From NCBI GenBank assembly GCA_963674865.2, contig CAXXYE010000001.1, positions 391,089-455,088 of the forward strand: a stretch of 64,000 bases of DNA, given 5' to 3'. Position numbers and translations under genes: made by a program. A model generated the notes under the pieces. It saw only the letters and a program-made list of their open reading frames with translations. It was not told where the DNA came from and did not search any database. Numbering within the stretch: position 1 is the stretch's first letter; each line of letters opens with the position of its first letter. Below are positions 19,370 through 28,886 of this stretch, one piece after another. Source of the DNA: Candidatus Hydrogenedentota bacterium. Lineage in GTDB: Bacteria; Hydrogenedentota; Hydrogenedentia; Hydrogenedentales; SLHB01.

Positions 19370-22300
19370 CTACCGTGCCGCCTTGGCGTAGAGTGCGTGG
19401 CCGTTTGCGGCGAGCTTGGCGATTATCCAGGGGGGCGCTTCGGAATCGGCGCAGCGGAATAACACCCTCTGGCTTCCGAAGGGCGGGACATGGACGGGGG
19501 CGCGGCGAGGCGTCACGGACGCTTTGCGGCCGCCGAGTTCCGGCCAGCATTCCGGCGGGATGATGAGTTCGACGTAGCCTTCGGCCGCGAGTCCGCTACG
19601 ATTGATAGCGGTGACGCGGAATTCGGTGTCGTTTCGGGAGATCTCGATTGCGAGGGGGGCGTCGTCGAGCGCGAGTAGATCCTGATAGCGGCGGCCGCCG
19701 TAGGTTGTCCAGGCCACGACGCCGCCCGTTTCATCCAGACCTCTGCGGCGGAGTACGAGCACTTCCTGTTCCGCGAATTCTCCGGGCGCAAGGTCGTAGT
19801 CAAAGGTGGTGGGACTGATGGTCCAACCTTCGCTTGCGTAGAGGTGAACCGTGCCCTGCAAGGGCAGGCCAGTCAGATTGTTGGCAATCAGCGCGGTGAT
19901 CGCGGGGGAGTCGTCCTCAAGACCTCCGCGCAGCAGCATGCTCACCGGCTGGAAGCCCAGCGGGGCGGCGCCGGAGCCGTGGCGCCAATAGCGCGTGAAA
20001 ACCGGCCCGTTGGGATCGATGCTTGGACTCAGCTCGGCGGATTGCCCGCGGGGCGCGCGGGAGGAGGGTGCGATGCCGACTGTCTTGACGTCGAAGGCTG
20101 GGACGCGGAGCACAATGAGATTCTTGTCGAAGGGAAGCGGGTCGCCGCGGGATTCGAGCGGATTGGATTCCCAGGCGTCGCGCACTGAAGTGAACAGTCG
20201 CAGATTCCCCCCCCACGGGCGGCCGGTCGCTTCGTAGCCGCGGACAGTGATGCCGTCGCGCGGGGCCGGAGTCTGGTCGAGCATCGAGGCGAGGTTGAAT
20301 CCTGATGGTTTGAGGGCCGTCAGGATGAAGTCGGCATTCTGAGGCTCCAGGAAGCCCTGCTGGGCGGGAAGGGGGCCGAGGTGCAGGTCCGTGACTGCCC
20401 CGACGAACGCTTCATTGTAGGCGTGGGCGGCCTGGGGCACGCGGGCCTCGCGCCAGGTGTGAGCGAAGGGCAACAGTGCGTAATGGAAGGTGTGCGTCCC
20501 CCCGGCGGAGTGAATGCCCATGTTGTCGCCCTCGGGCGTAGTCCATTGCGCGTCATGCCACAAGCCGAGGACGAGTGTCCCGTCGTGTCCCGTACCGGCC
20601 AAAGCCGTCCCTGGGAAGAGCACTGCCAGGCCGCTATCCGGCTGAACTTGACGTTCGACAGGCAGGAATGCTTCGGGAGGCATGGCGTAGACGCCCGTGG
20701 CACGGACGGCTTGGGCGAATCCCTCGGCCAGTGACACCGTCGTGGTATCCGTATGCCCCGCCAGCAGCAGCGTCGGTACGGGGGGCTGGCCGTCCGGTAC
20801 GTCGATGTCCTCGAAAAAGAGCACCGCGCCTTCCGTCATACGTTCCCGGAGGCGCAGAATCGTCCTTTCCGTTAACTGGAGGAAGAGGTGTTTGGAGACG
20901 ATATTCTGCTCCGGACTGCCCACGACGACACGCATAGCCGTGCCGTAATTCAGATCGTCGTTAAGGTTGGGGAACTCCGTCGAGTCAGTCCAGATGGTGC
21001 TTAGGCGGCGCGGGCGATCTGTCCACGTGGCCGAGGGAATGCCTCGTGACGCCAGCGCGGCTTGGATTTCCTCGGCCGCACGCCGCAGCGCGGGATTATC
21101 TCCGTGGACAACGGCGCAGGGCCCCAGCGGGGCCGCCGTGTCCGGCCCGGCCTCGATGTGGTCGTTGGGCGACAAGGCCGCCCATCGCAAGGCCGGCTGC
21201 ATTCCCGTCCCGCTCGTGTTAACGCCATCCTCGGTTTGCCAATCGAGCGCCTGCGTCCCTTTGCGGCCCACCACGGCGCCAAAGCGTTCGCCGAAAATGG
21301 GCGCCCGGTTATCGGCGTTGACTTTGAACGTCGCCGCGAAGCAGTGGCCGCCCGCGTCGACGCCCTCGAAACGGGCTTCACAATCCACGCGCGGCACTCC
21401 GCGATAGAGTGTCACTCGACGTGTGAGTTTGCCGCCGCGGAATGGACTCGTGATGACGGCCTGTTCACAGAGGCCGGATCGGGACACCGTCACCTCGGGT
21501 TTGTTCGCGCCGGCGCGGACAATCTCTCCCGAGGTCCAAAGATCCCGTCCGCCGTGGCTCTTCGATGCGTCCTCGCGCAGGGCCACAATCTCATTGAGAG
21601 GGCCTTGGGCATGATCTATATCCGTCGCTTTGTCGAAGAGACTTGTGATAGCGCCCGTCTTTCCGTCGATCAGGACGCGAAAGTACTCGTTCTCGATTTG
21701 TGCGCCGGGGCCCTGGGATGGCTTGGGCAGCGCGCCGCGTGGGCGGAGGTAGTAGGTTTTGTATCCCAGGGCCGGCACATCCGTCGCAACGAGCCGCACG
21801 CGTGCGCCCACGAGGCGGTTCCTGCTGACGCGCAGCTCATTCGCCAGGAAAGGCGTGTCCTGTCCCGCATCGTCGAAGATGGCCAATCCGCCGCTCGGGG
21901 GTATGTCGATGTCCAGGTGACAGACATCCGTGCGTGGCCACGAGGAGGGATTGAAGACCACAAGGGCGAGCACGCCTTCGGTTCGGTCGGGTGCTGCCGC
22001 GTACACGTCGGCCTCTCGCGCCATGTACGCGAGGGACTTGTCGCGTACCTCCGCTGCGAGCGCGGCCGCCTCCCGGTAGGCGGCCAAGGCATCGAGATAG
22101 CTCCGGGGATGGCCGCAGAAGCCCAGTGTCGAGGCCGTGCTGTTGTGGAGCAGTTGACGCCACGCCATATCCAAGGCGGCTTCGGGATACGTCGCGCCGA
22201 GGAGTCCGGCGAGTGTCGCCAGCTTCTCGGCGGTCAGTACCAGATTCTCAACGGCGCTGTGCGCTTGTTTCAGGTCCGTTTGCGCCAGCAAGGCACCCAA

Positions 22301-24121
22301 CTGATAGGAATTCGTTAGCCGGGCCGCAGTGGGCACCGGCACGGCCTCGACGTCCGCGCGTGGCCGGATGTCTTCGAGGAAGCGTTGGCCGCCTGCGCCC
22401 GTGATCAGGAGCGCGGGAATGCCGTCAGCGAGCGTCTTGCATGCGCCTACCAGGAAAGGTTCCGGCGACGGCAAGACGCTTTCGTTGATGAGAATATCCG
22501 AGTCGAGGCCGCGTTCGAGAAGTTCCCGGCGCTGGAGGAGGGCCATTTCGTGCAGCTTGAAGGCGGCTGTCGGCCCCGGGGCGCTTTGTTTTCGGCGATG
22601 CAGGAGAGCCGTGCCGTCGAGAGCTTGGTGCCGGGATAATTCCGGGATGCCCAGTATCTGGAGGTTACTGACGATCCCCTTCAGGCCCGCTTGCGTGAGC
22701 AGTTGGGGGGTCTGCGGAGCTATTGCGGGTGTATCCCAAGCGAGGTAGCAGGGGTTCATGTTACGCAGAACTGCCCACGCTGTATGATGGCCGTACGCTA
22801 GGTTTCGGACGAGCAATTCCCCGGAGGCCAGGCGTTCATCGGGTACGGTGTAGCCCGCATGGGCCGCGCACCGCGCCCCGCTGACGGCGTCGAGCAGCTC
22901 GGCGCGCGCCTCAGGATGGCATTCAAGATAGGGCTTCCACAGGTCGAGTCCGCCCAGGCTGAAGCCGTAACTTGGGTCCTGTCCAAGAAGCGCGACCTGG
23001 CGGTCCAATATGGCCAGGCGGTCGGCTGTCGAGGCGGGTCCGTCCGCGGCGGCGAATAAGTGCTCGACGGGTACGACATAGACTCTGCCGCTTGGAGGCG
23101 GCGTGCCGACGGTGATAGACGAGGCGAAGGCGGCCTGCTCGCTGCCCGCCTCGATGGTGACGTCGACCCTGAGCGCATCGCCGGGGGCTCTGCCGGCAAT
23201 GGGGATGGGCATAAGGGCCTCGGCCTGTGTTTCGGGAGTGATGGGGCCGAGGGTAACCTCAACGGGCGCTCCCATGCCCGAAGCCGTTGCCTGGACTTTG
23301 ACGGCCGGCGAGACTTCCGTGTAAGGGTTGAAGACAGTTAAGCGAACACGCTGGCGCAGGTCCGCGCCGCGTCCTGCGAATGTTCCGGTGCTCTCCAGTT
23401 TCGGTACATAGGCGGTCTTGCTCATCCGCTCCAGCGGTAGGATACGCAGTCCGAATTCAAAGCCGGACGTTTCCTGGAGCATGGGGCGGTTCAGGAAGCC
23501 TTGCGTCTTGAAGTGGGACATGTCGACGCCAGTGGCTTCGGCGAGCGCTTCGAGTGAGGCGCCCGGTATCTCTAGAACGAGCAGGTTCGTGCCCGCGCGA
23601 AACATCGTCCCGAGCCGATCTACGCCGGCCGCGGCCGCCGGTGCGGCGTGTATCTCCCGCAACGGGAAGCCGTTGAGGTACGCGCGAACGCCAAGGGGAC
23701 TTTGGATATCCAGATAAACGAGCCGCTCCCCCTGGCTCACGGCGTAGAAGGCCGCATAGGCGACGCCTTCCCGGGTGTTTGGGAAAAACGGCGAGAGATC
23801 GAGCGTCTCGTCCTTCGATCCGGCCTCTTGCCATACGGCGGTTCCTGCCGGCGTTTGCACCTTCATCAGGTGCTTGGGCCGCATCCGCGCGATGCCGCCG
23901 GCGGGCGCCATGAAGTCTGTGTCGCCCAAAGGCGCGTCGCCGCGCCGCACAGCGGCGACGATTCCCCCCTCTGCGTCCGGTGTAAACGGCCCGCAAACGA
24001 GCCAGTGGGCGACGTATCCCCGATCGAGGATGGTGTCGAGTGATTCCTGCGCGTAGAGGAAGGGCGAAGCGAGTATGGCGGTGCAGAGGATGATGAATCG
24101 TTTCACACTAACTCCGGCCAT
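19370..24121 (-). CDS. Large secreted GH38 alpha-mannosidase-like multidomain protein with degenerate active site
   Basis: Signal peptide; 'PDERLASGELLVRNL', 'VVFNPSSWPR', 'VPALGYKTY', 'IENEYFRV', 'HTFHYAL', 'LTALKP'. Confidence 0.75.
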   Translation of the reverse strand: MAGVSVKRFIILCTAILASPFLYAQESLDTILDRGYVAHWLVCGPFTPDAEGGIVAAVRRGDAPLGDTDFMAPAGGIARMRPKHLMKVQTPAGTAVWQEAGSKDETLDLSPFFPNTREGVAYAAFYAVSQGERLVYLDIQSPLGVRAYLNGFPLREIHAAPAAAAGVDRLGTMFRAGTNLLVLEIPGASLEALAEATGVDMSHFKTQGFLNRPMLQETSGFEFGLRILPLERMSKTAYVPKLESTGTFAGRGADLRQRVRLTVFNPYTEVSPAVKVQATASGMGAPVEVTLGPITPETQAEALMPIPIAGRAPGDALRVDVTIEAGSEQAAFASSITVGTPPPSGRVYVVPVEHLFAAADGPASTADRLAILDRQVALLGQDPSYGFSLGGLDLWKPYLECHPEARAELLDAVSGARCAAHAGYTVPDERLASGELLVRNLAYGHHTAWAVLRNMNPCYLAWDTPAIAPQTPQLLTQAGLKGIVSNLQILGIPELSRHQALDGTALLHRRKQSAPGPTAAFKLHEMALLQRRELLERGLDSDILINESVLPSPEPFLVGACKTLADGIPALLITGAGGQRFLEDIRPRADVEAVPVPTAARLTNSYQLGALLAQTDLKQAHSAVENLVLTAEKLATLAGLLGATYPEAALDMAWRQLLHNSTASTLGFCGHPRSYLDALAAYREAAALAAEVRDKSLAYMAREADVYAAAPDRTEGVLALVVFNPSSWPRTDVCHLDIDIPPSGGLAIFDDAGQDTPFLANELRVSRNRLVGARVRLVATDVPALGYKTYYLRPRGALPKPSQGPGAQIENEYFRVLIDGKTGAITSLFDKATDIDHAQGPLNEIVALREDASKSHGGRDLWTSGEIVRAGANKPEVTVSRSGLCEQAVITSPFRGGKLTRRVTLYRGVPRVDCEARFEGVDAGGHCFAATFKVNADNRAPIFGERFGAVVGRKGTQALDWQTEDGVNTSGTGMQPALRWAALSPNDHIEAGPDTAAPLGPCAVVHGDNPALRRAAEEIQAALASRGIPSATWTDRPRRLSTIWTDSTEFPNLNDDLNYGTAMRVVVGSPEQNIVSKHLFLQLTERTILRLRERMTEGAVLFFEDIDVPDGQPPVPTLLLAGHTDTTTVSLAEGFAQAVRATGVYAMPPEAFLPVERQVQPDSGLAVLFPGTALAGTGHDGTLVLGLWHDAQWTTPEGDNMGIHSAGGTHTFHYALLPFAHTWREARVPQAAHAYNEAFVGAVTDLHLGPLPAQQGFLEPQNADFILTALKPSGFNLASMLDQTPAPRDGITVRGYEATGRPWGGNLRLFTSVRDAWESNPLESRGDPLPFDKNLIVLRVPAFDVKTVGIAPSSRAPRGQSAELSPSIDPNGPVFTRYWRHGSGAAPLGFQPVSMLLRGGLEDDSPAITALIANNLTGLPLQGTVHLYASEGWTISPTTFDYDLAPGEFAEQEVLVLRRRGLDETGGVVAWTTYGGRRYQDLLALDDAPLAIEISRNDTEFRVTAINRSGLAAEGYVELIIPPECWPELGGRKASVTPRRAPVHVPPFGSQRVLFRCADSEAPPWIIAKLAANGHALYAKAAR

Positions 24122-24481
24122 TGCTTGTAGGTCCAGAACTCAAGAAAAGGTCCCGAAAGACTCCCGAAATTGGAAAGAGAGCCACGCGCTCAACAGCATT
24201 CCGGCGAGAAGTCGTAGGGGTAGGGGCAACGGCCATGGCACCTCGCTGAAGACGAGGCCCTTGCCGCGTTTCCCGGCCCTCTTGAAAAACCAGAACCGCA
24301 TTTCCCATTATCTCCGCCGCGCGGAGGCATTCTTGCTTGGTTTCGCGGGGATGTCAAATCGTTGGATGCGTGCGGCACGATGTCGTGGATTGGGGGAGTG
24401 GGTTCCGGCGGATTCAGTTCGGGGATAGTGGGCGTCGCTTCCGTACAGGACGAGTGAGCGGCGTTGTGGTATGCTCAGGTC

Positions 24482-25159
24482 ATGGGGACGTTACGGTGGC
24501 GAATACGGACTCACTGGAACCGAACAGACACGGTTGTGCTGGTGTGCAACACGGTGGCTTTGGTCCTCCTCATCGGCAACTGCTGGTGGGAATCGGTCGC
24601 AGCCTGTTACGTTGCTCTGCTGTTGCCGCTCTCCTTCCAGGTGCTTCACGCCTATCGCGACGCCGGGCCTCTGCGGCGGGGCTTGCTTTTTGGCGTGCTC
24701 GTAGCCGCGGTGTGGCCCATTGGCGAGTGGTTTATCGTCAATGTATTCGGGTGGTGGGGAGAGTATGTCGGTGCGGGGCCGCGCGTCCTCGAAACTGCCG
24801 TCTACTGCATGCTCATCGGATGGCTGGCGTCCACCTATTGCTACTACGTGGGTGAGCGGACGATGGACCTCGGGTATTCGGTTCGCGCTGCGTGTTTGGT
24901 GGCGGGAGGCAGCGCTCTGGGCTTGGGGATCGTCGGCGAGAACCTTTTTGTTGCGGCGCGTATGTGGACTTATGTGCCTTCCGCGTGGGAATGGGGGGCG
25001 GTGCCTGCGTTTCTGCCCGTGTCCTACGGGATCGGCTATGCCACCGTGCCGCTCTTCCGAAGGTCGGGCGTGCTGCCGACAACTATCGCCTTCGCTTCCG
25101 TCCTGTTCTCTGTGAGCATTGCCTTGGGCTTGTTAACCGGTTTTCTGCCCCGGCCCTGA
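24482..25159 (+). CDS. Hypothetical integral membrane protein
   Basis: About 7 hydrophobic segments, two internal 'E..(V/F)....WxY' repeats. Confidence 0.65.
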   Translation: MGTLRWRIRTHWNRTDTVVLVCNTVALVLLIGNCWWESVAACYVALLLPLSFQVLHAYRDAGPLRRGLLFGVLVAAVWPIGEWFIVNVFGWWGEYVGAGPRVLETAVYCMLIGWLASTYCYYVGERTMDLGYSVRAACLVAGGSALGLGIVGENLFVAARMWTYVPSAWEWGAVPAFLPVSYGIGYATVPLFRRSGVLPTTIAFASVLFSVSIALGLLTGFLPRP

Positions 25160-25162
25160 TGC

Positions 25163-26689
25163 CTACTGAGGTGTCTCAGGCAATGTCAGGGGGCGCGGCA
25201 ACATGTCCGTTCGCGGGGTAATCGACACGGTGAGCGAATCATCCCTCACCGCGCGTGTTTCGAGAACAGTCCATTCCGTTGTCTGCTTCCCGCCTTCACG
25301 TGCCAATTCGTAGGGCCACGGGACGGCCTCTAGAGGTGAGGCGCGGTTTAGGCGCACCGTGGCCGTGTCGGGACTCCAGCCGAGTATTTCGGCACGTATC
25401 GGCTTGGCCTTGTCGTAATGCAGGGGCAGCAGCGGGCGGACGGGCAGAGCCCGGCTGAACGGTGTGTCATGGGCAACGGCGTCGGAGAGGCACAGTGGCG
25501 CGCCGAGGAAGTACTGGTAATCGAGCACGAGGCCGAGCGTCTTTCCGGAAACGTCAGTGTCTTCCTCTGCTTGTGTCTGGAATGACTCGACGTAGCGGCT
25601 TGCGTGGCGCCACGCGCACTCAGAGCGGATCTCAAGAGCAAAGAAGACGATGCACAGGATCGTCGTGAAGCTTACAATTGGATGGCGCCATTGGGGCGGC
25701 GCCATCATGCGGTGAAACATGGCGACGAAAGCCACGTTGAAGAGCGCATTGGCCAACAGAAGCTGTCCGCCGCCGACGAGGTGCACCGGATCAATGAACT
25801 GCCCGCCCTGGAATAAGCGCACTGCAAACATGGCCGTCAAGCCGAAGAGAATCGCCGGTCGCTTCGCCTTCCGCTGTATCAGCCATAGGATGATGAGCAC
25901 GACGCCCGCCGCCAGCCAGCCGAGCCAGGGCTTCTCGTGGAAATTGCGGGCCGTTTCAGGCAGGTAGCCTAGCGGATAGAAGATGAAGTACAGAGGCGCG
26001 AACATGCGGGCGGGGTGGAGGTTTTCCATGCGGAGCATGTCGACGTGAATAGCCTCGGCGGCGAGCGCCAGCACTACGAACGGCGTGAGCCGCATGAAGC
26101 AGCGTTCGCCGCGTTCCTTGATGATGAACTCGAATAGGATCAGGGCGAAGATGAGGGAGAGATTCTGCCGGTGCGGAAGGGCCGCCAGGGCGAACAGGAT
26201 CACGGCCACTGCCATCTTTTTGCGCGTCGGCTGCGTCGAGTGGGCGGCATAGGCCCACAGTGCGGCCAAGGCGAAAAGGCAGGGGAGAAGGTCGCCGACG
26301 CCCGACAAATTGAGCACCGCCTCGCTGTGCACTGGATTCGCCATGAAAAGGGCGCCAGCGAGAGTACCAAACCAATAAGGCCCTTTCCCGGCGAGCCGCA
26401 CAAGTTGATATAGGCACAGCATGCAGCCGAAGAGCAGGATAAGATTCACGAGATGGTAGCCGACGACCCAGGTTCCGAAAAGCCGCATCTCCAGGGTGAA
26501 TAGCTGTGCCGCGAGAAAGGGGAGATGCTGTGCGGGGGCGGCCATGCAGGCGTAGTCGCGCCCCAATGGCCCGATCTTGAGCGACCAGACGTAGACGATG
26601 CTCAGGTAAATGAGCATGGCTACGCCGTCGAACACCGGGGGGCAGCTCCTGCGCAGTCTGGCTATGAGTGGAAGTTGTTGTTCATCCAT
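25163..26689 (-). CDS. GT-C fold (PMT/TMTC-like) membrane glycosyltransferase-like protein
   Basis: 'FG..VVGYHLVNLIL', 'LFMANPVHSEAV', many TMs. Confidence 0.65.
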   Translation of the reverse strand: MDEQQLPLIARLRRSCPPVFDGVAMLIYLSIVYVWSLKIGPLGRDYACMAAPAQHLPFLAAQLFTLEMRLFGTWVVGYHLVNLILLFGCMLCLYQLVRLAGKGPYWFGTLAGALFMANPVHSEAVLNLSGVGDLLPCLFALAALWAYAAHSTQPTRKKMAVAVILFALAALPHRQNLSLIFALILFEFIIKERGERCFMRLTPFVVLALAAEAIHVDMLRMENLHPARMFAPLYFIFYPLGYLPETARNFHEKPWLGWLAAGVVLIILWLIQRKAKRPAILFGLTAMFAVRLFQGGQFIDPVHLVGGGQLLLANALFNVAFVAMFHRMMAPPQWRHPIVSFTTILCIVFFALEIRSECAWRHASRYVESFQTQAEEDTDVSGKTLGLVLDYQYFLGAPLCLSDAVAHDTPFSRALPVRPLLPLHYDKAKPIRAEILGWSPDTATVRLNRASPLEAVPWPYELAREGGKQTTEWTVLETRAVRDDSLTVSITPRTDMLPRPLTLPETPQ

Positions 26690-26793
26690 CGCGGGCAGAG
26701 TCTAGCGCTCAGACAGGGGCGTTTTCCAGCCCAGGCGACGTCTGGTATGATGAGCTTTCGGAACATCTCAGATTACTTCGAGGAGGACTCCTG

Positions 26794-27699
26794 ATGCTCG
26801 GAAACGCCGAAATAGTCAAGAATGCCCTGCGGGAGCACGTCACGATCCCCGCCTTCAACGTCCCTTATCTGCCCATGATCGAGCCGGTGATTCGCGCCGT
26901 CGCCGATCAGGATTCGTTTGCGTTTATTGCCAGTGCGCGGCCGGAGTGGATCAAGTTCGAGGCGAAAGGTCCCGACGCGGTCATGGCCGAGTACAAGAAG
27001 TGGGAGCGCCCGGAATACGTTCGGATGCATCTCGATCATGTGCCCGTGATCGACGAGGACAACGAAGAGGTCGATTACGTGCCGATCATCGAGCAGGCCA
27101 TCGCTCTGGGCTACCATTCCGTGATGGTTGATGGCTCGCGGCTCGATCTGGACGGCAACATCGAAGCGACGCGGTGCATATGCGAACTCGCCCATAAGGC
27201 GGGCATCCCTTGCGAGGCGGAGCTTGGCGCGGTGCTCGGCCATGAGGAAGGGCCGCTGCCGCCCTACGAAGAGTTGTTTGCGTCCGGCAAGGGTTTCACG
27301 GACGTGGATGCCGCGCGGCGCTTTGTTGAGGAGACGGGCTGCGACTGGCTCTCGGTGGCCGTGGGCAATATCCATGGAGCCATCTCGGTTGCCCAGCGGG
27401 ACAAGAAGAAGGTGGCCGCGCGGCTCAACCTCGAACACCTCGACACGCTGCGGGAGGCCACGGGCGTGCCGCTTGTATTGCACGGCGGCTCGGGCGTGCA
27501 GCGCGAGTATATGCTCGAGGGCGTCAAGCGCGGTATTGCCAAGATCAACATCGGCACGGAAATCCGGCAGGCCTATGAAATGGGAATGCGAGAGGCGGGC
27601 AGCGTTGCCGACGGCCAGGAAGCTGTTTATCAACGCACGTGTGAGCTCATCAAGGATTACTTCGGCCTTGCAGGCACGCGGGCCAAGGTCGCTGGATAG
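26794..27699 (+). CDS. fba: Class II fructose/tagatose-bisphosphate aldolase
   Basis: 'HLDH', 'SVMVDGS', 'EAELG', 'GNIHG', 'LVLHGGSG', 'KINIGT'; GGAGG RBS. Confidence 0.9.
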   Translation: MLGNAEIVKNALREHVTIPAFNVPYLPMIEPVIRAVADQDSFAFIASARPEWIKFEAKGPDAVMAEYKKWERPEYVRMHLDHVPVIDEDNEEVDYVPIIEQAIALGYHSVMVDGSRLDLDGNIEATRCICELAHKAGIPCEAELGAVLGHEEGPLPPYEELFASGKGFTDVDAARRFVEETGCDWLSVAVGNIHGAISVAQRDKKKVAARLNLEHLDTLREATGVPLVLHGGSGVQREYMLEGVKRGIAKINIGTEIRQAYEMGMREAGSVADGQEAVYQRTCELIKDYFGLAGTRAKVAG

Positions 27700-27796
27700 C
27701 CGTTTGCGCTGCGGCGAATAATCCTACTCAATTCAGCGTTGACTTACACTGGCGAGTGCGATGCTGTCCCCAGTTCTGTGAACTCGGAGTCATGGT

Positions 27797-28798
27797 ATGA
27801 GTTTTCGACCTGATCGCTACGACGCGATGTTGTACCGGCGTTGTGGGCGCAGCGGCCTGCGGCTGCCTGCGATCTCCCTCGGCATGTGGCATAACTTCGG
27901 CACTTATGGCGACCACGCCGTGTGCCGCGGCATGATGCGAACGGCTTTCGATCTTGGCATCACCCACTTTGATTTGGCCAACAACTACGGCCCCGAGCCG
28001 GGCAGCGCCGAGGAGCGTGCCGGGCGGATCCTGCGCGAGGACTTCGCCTCACACCGGGATGAACTCATCGTCTCCACCAAGGCGGGCTACCTCATGTGGC
28101 CCGGCCCGTATGGGGAGTGGGGGAGCAAGAAGTATCTCGTGGCCAGTCTGGAGCAATCGCTGAAGCGCTTGGGGCTGGACTATGTGGATATCTTCTACTC
28201 GCACCGCCCGGATCCGGACACGCCGCTCGAGGAAACCATCGGCGCTCTCGAACTAATCGTTCGCCAGGGCAAGGCGCTGTACGCGGGCGTCAGCAACTAC
28301 CGGGGCGTCTTGTTTGTGCAGGCGGCGGAACTTGTCGAGCGCCGGAACTGGACGCCCATCACGATCCATCAACCTTGCTACAACTTGTTCAACCGATGGA
28401 TCGAATCCGACCTGCTGACGTACACGGAGCAATACGGAACAGGTGTGATTGTCTTCTCGCCACTGGCCCAAGGGCTTCTCACCTCCAAGTACCTGGATAC
28501 TGCTCATCCCATTCCCGATGACTCGCGCGCGGCCGACCCGCATGGGTTCTTGAGGCCGGAGCAGGTTACGCGGGAGCGCGTGGAATGCGTTCGGAAGTTG
28601 AATGAAATCGCCAGTGCCCGGGGGCAGACGATGGCGCAGATGGCCATTGCTTGGACACTGCGTGATCCGCGGGTGACGAGCGCGCTTATAGGCGCTCGAA
28701 CGTCCGAGCAGATCATTGACTGCGTCGGCGCTCTGAAGGGCCTGTCGTTCGCCGAAGAAGAACTGACGGCAGTGGACGCGATCGCGCCCGTCGCATAG
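27797..28798 (+). CDS. Aldo/keto reductase (YghZ/MgrA-like)
   Basis: 'ISLGMWHNFG', 'HFDLANNYGP', 'STKAGY.MWPGPYGEWGS', 'FSPLAQGLLT'. Confidence 0.92.
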   Translation: MSFRPDRYDAMLYRRCGRSGLRLPAISLGMWHNFGTYGDHAVCRGMMRTAFDLGITHFDLANNYGPEPGSAEERAGRILREDFASHRDELIVSTKAGYLMWPGPYGEWGSKKYLVASLEQSLKRLGLDYVDIFYSHRPDPDTPLEETIGALELIVRQGKALYAGVSNYRGVLFVQAAELVERRNWTPITIHQPCYNLFNRWIESDLLTYTEQYGTGVIVFSPLAQGLLTSKYLDTAHPIPDDSRAADPHGFLRPEQVTRERVECVRKLNEIASARGQTMAQMAIAWTLRDPRVTSALIGARTSEQIIDCVGALKGLSFAEEELTAVDAIAPVA

Positions 28799-28824
28799 GG
28801 GCGTCCGGACTCAGTGAAATGGAA

Positions 28825-28854
28825 CGCGGCTGCCGGCGTTTGCCGACAGCCGCG
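28825..28854. terminator. Hairpin between convergent genes, probable terminator
   Basis: cgcggctgccggc-gttt-gccgacagccgcg, 12/13 stem; no clear U-tract. Confidence 0.55.
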
Positions 28855-28886
28855 CTATACGTGTCAGGCTCGTTGCAGAGTGCTTG

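Noticed and set aside
24108..24480. Small ORF, riboswitch or GTAGGGGC REP in this intergenic region
   Set aside because: No recognisable aptamer core, no convincing palindrome, and the ORF lacks family features.
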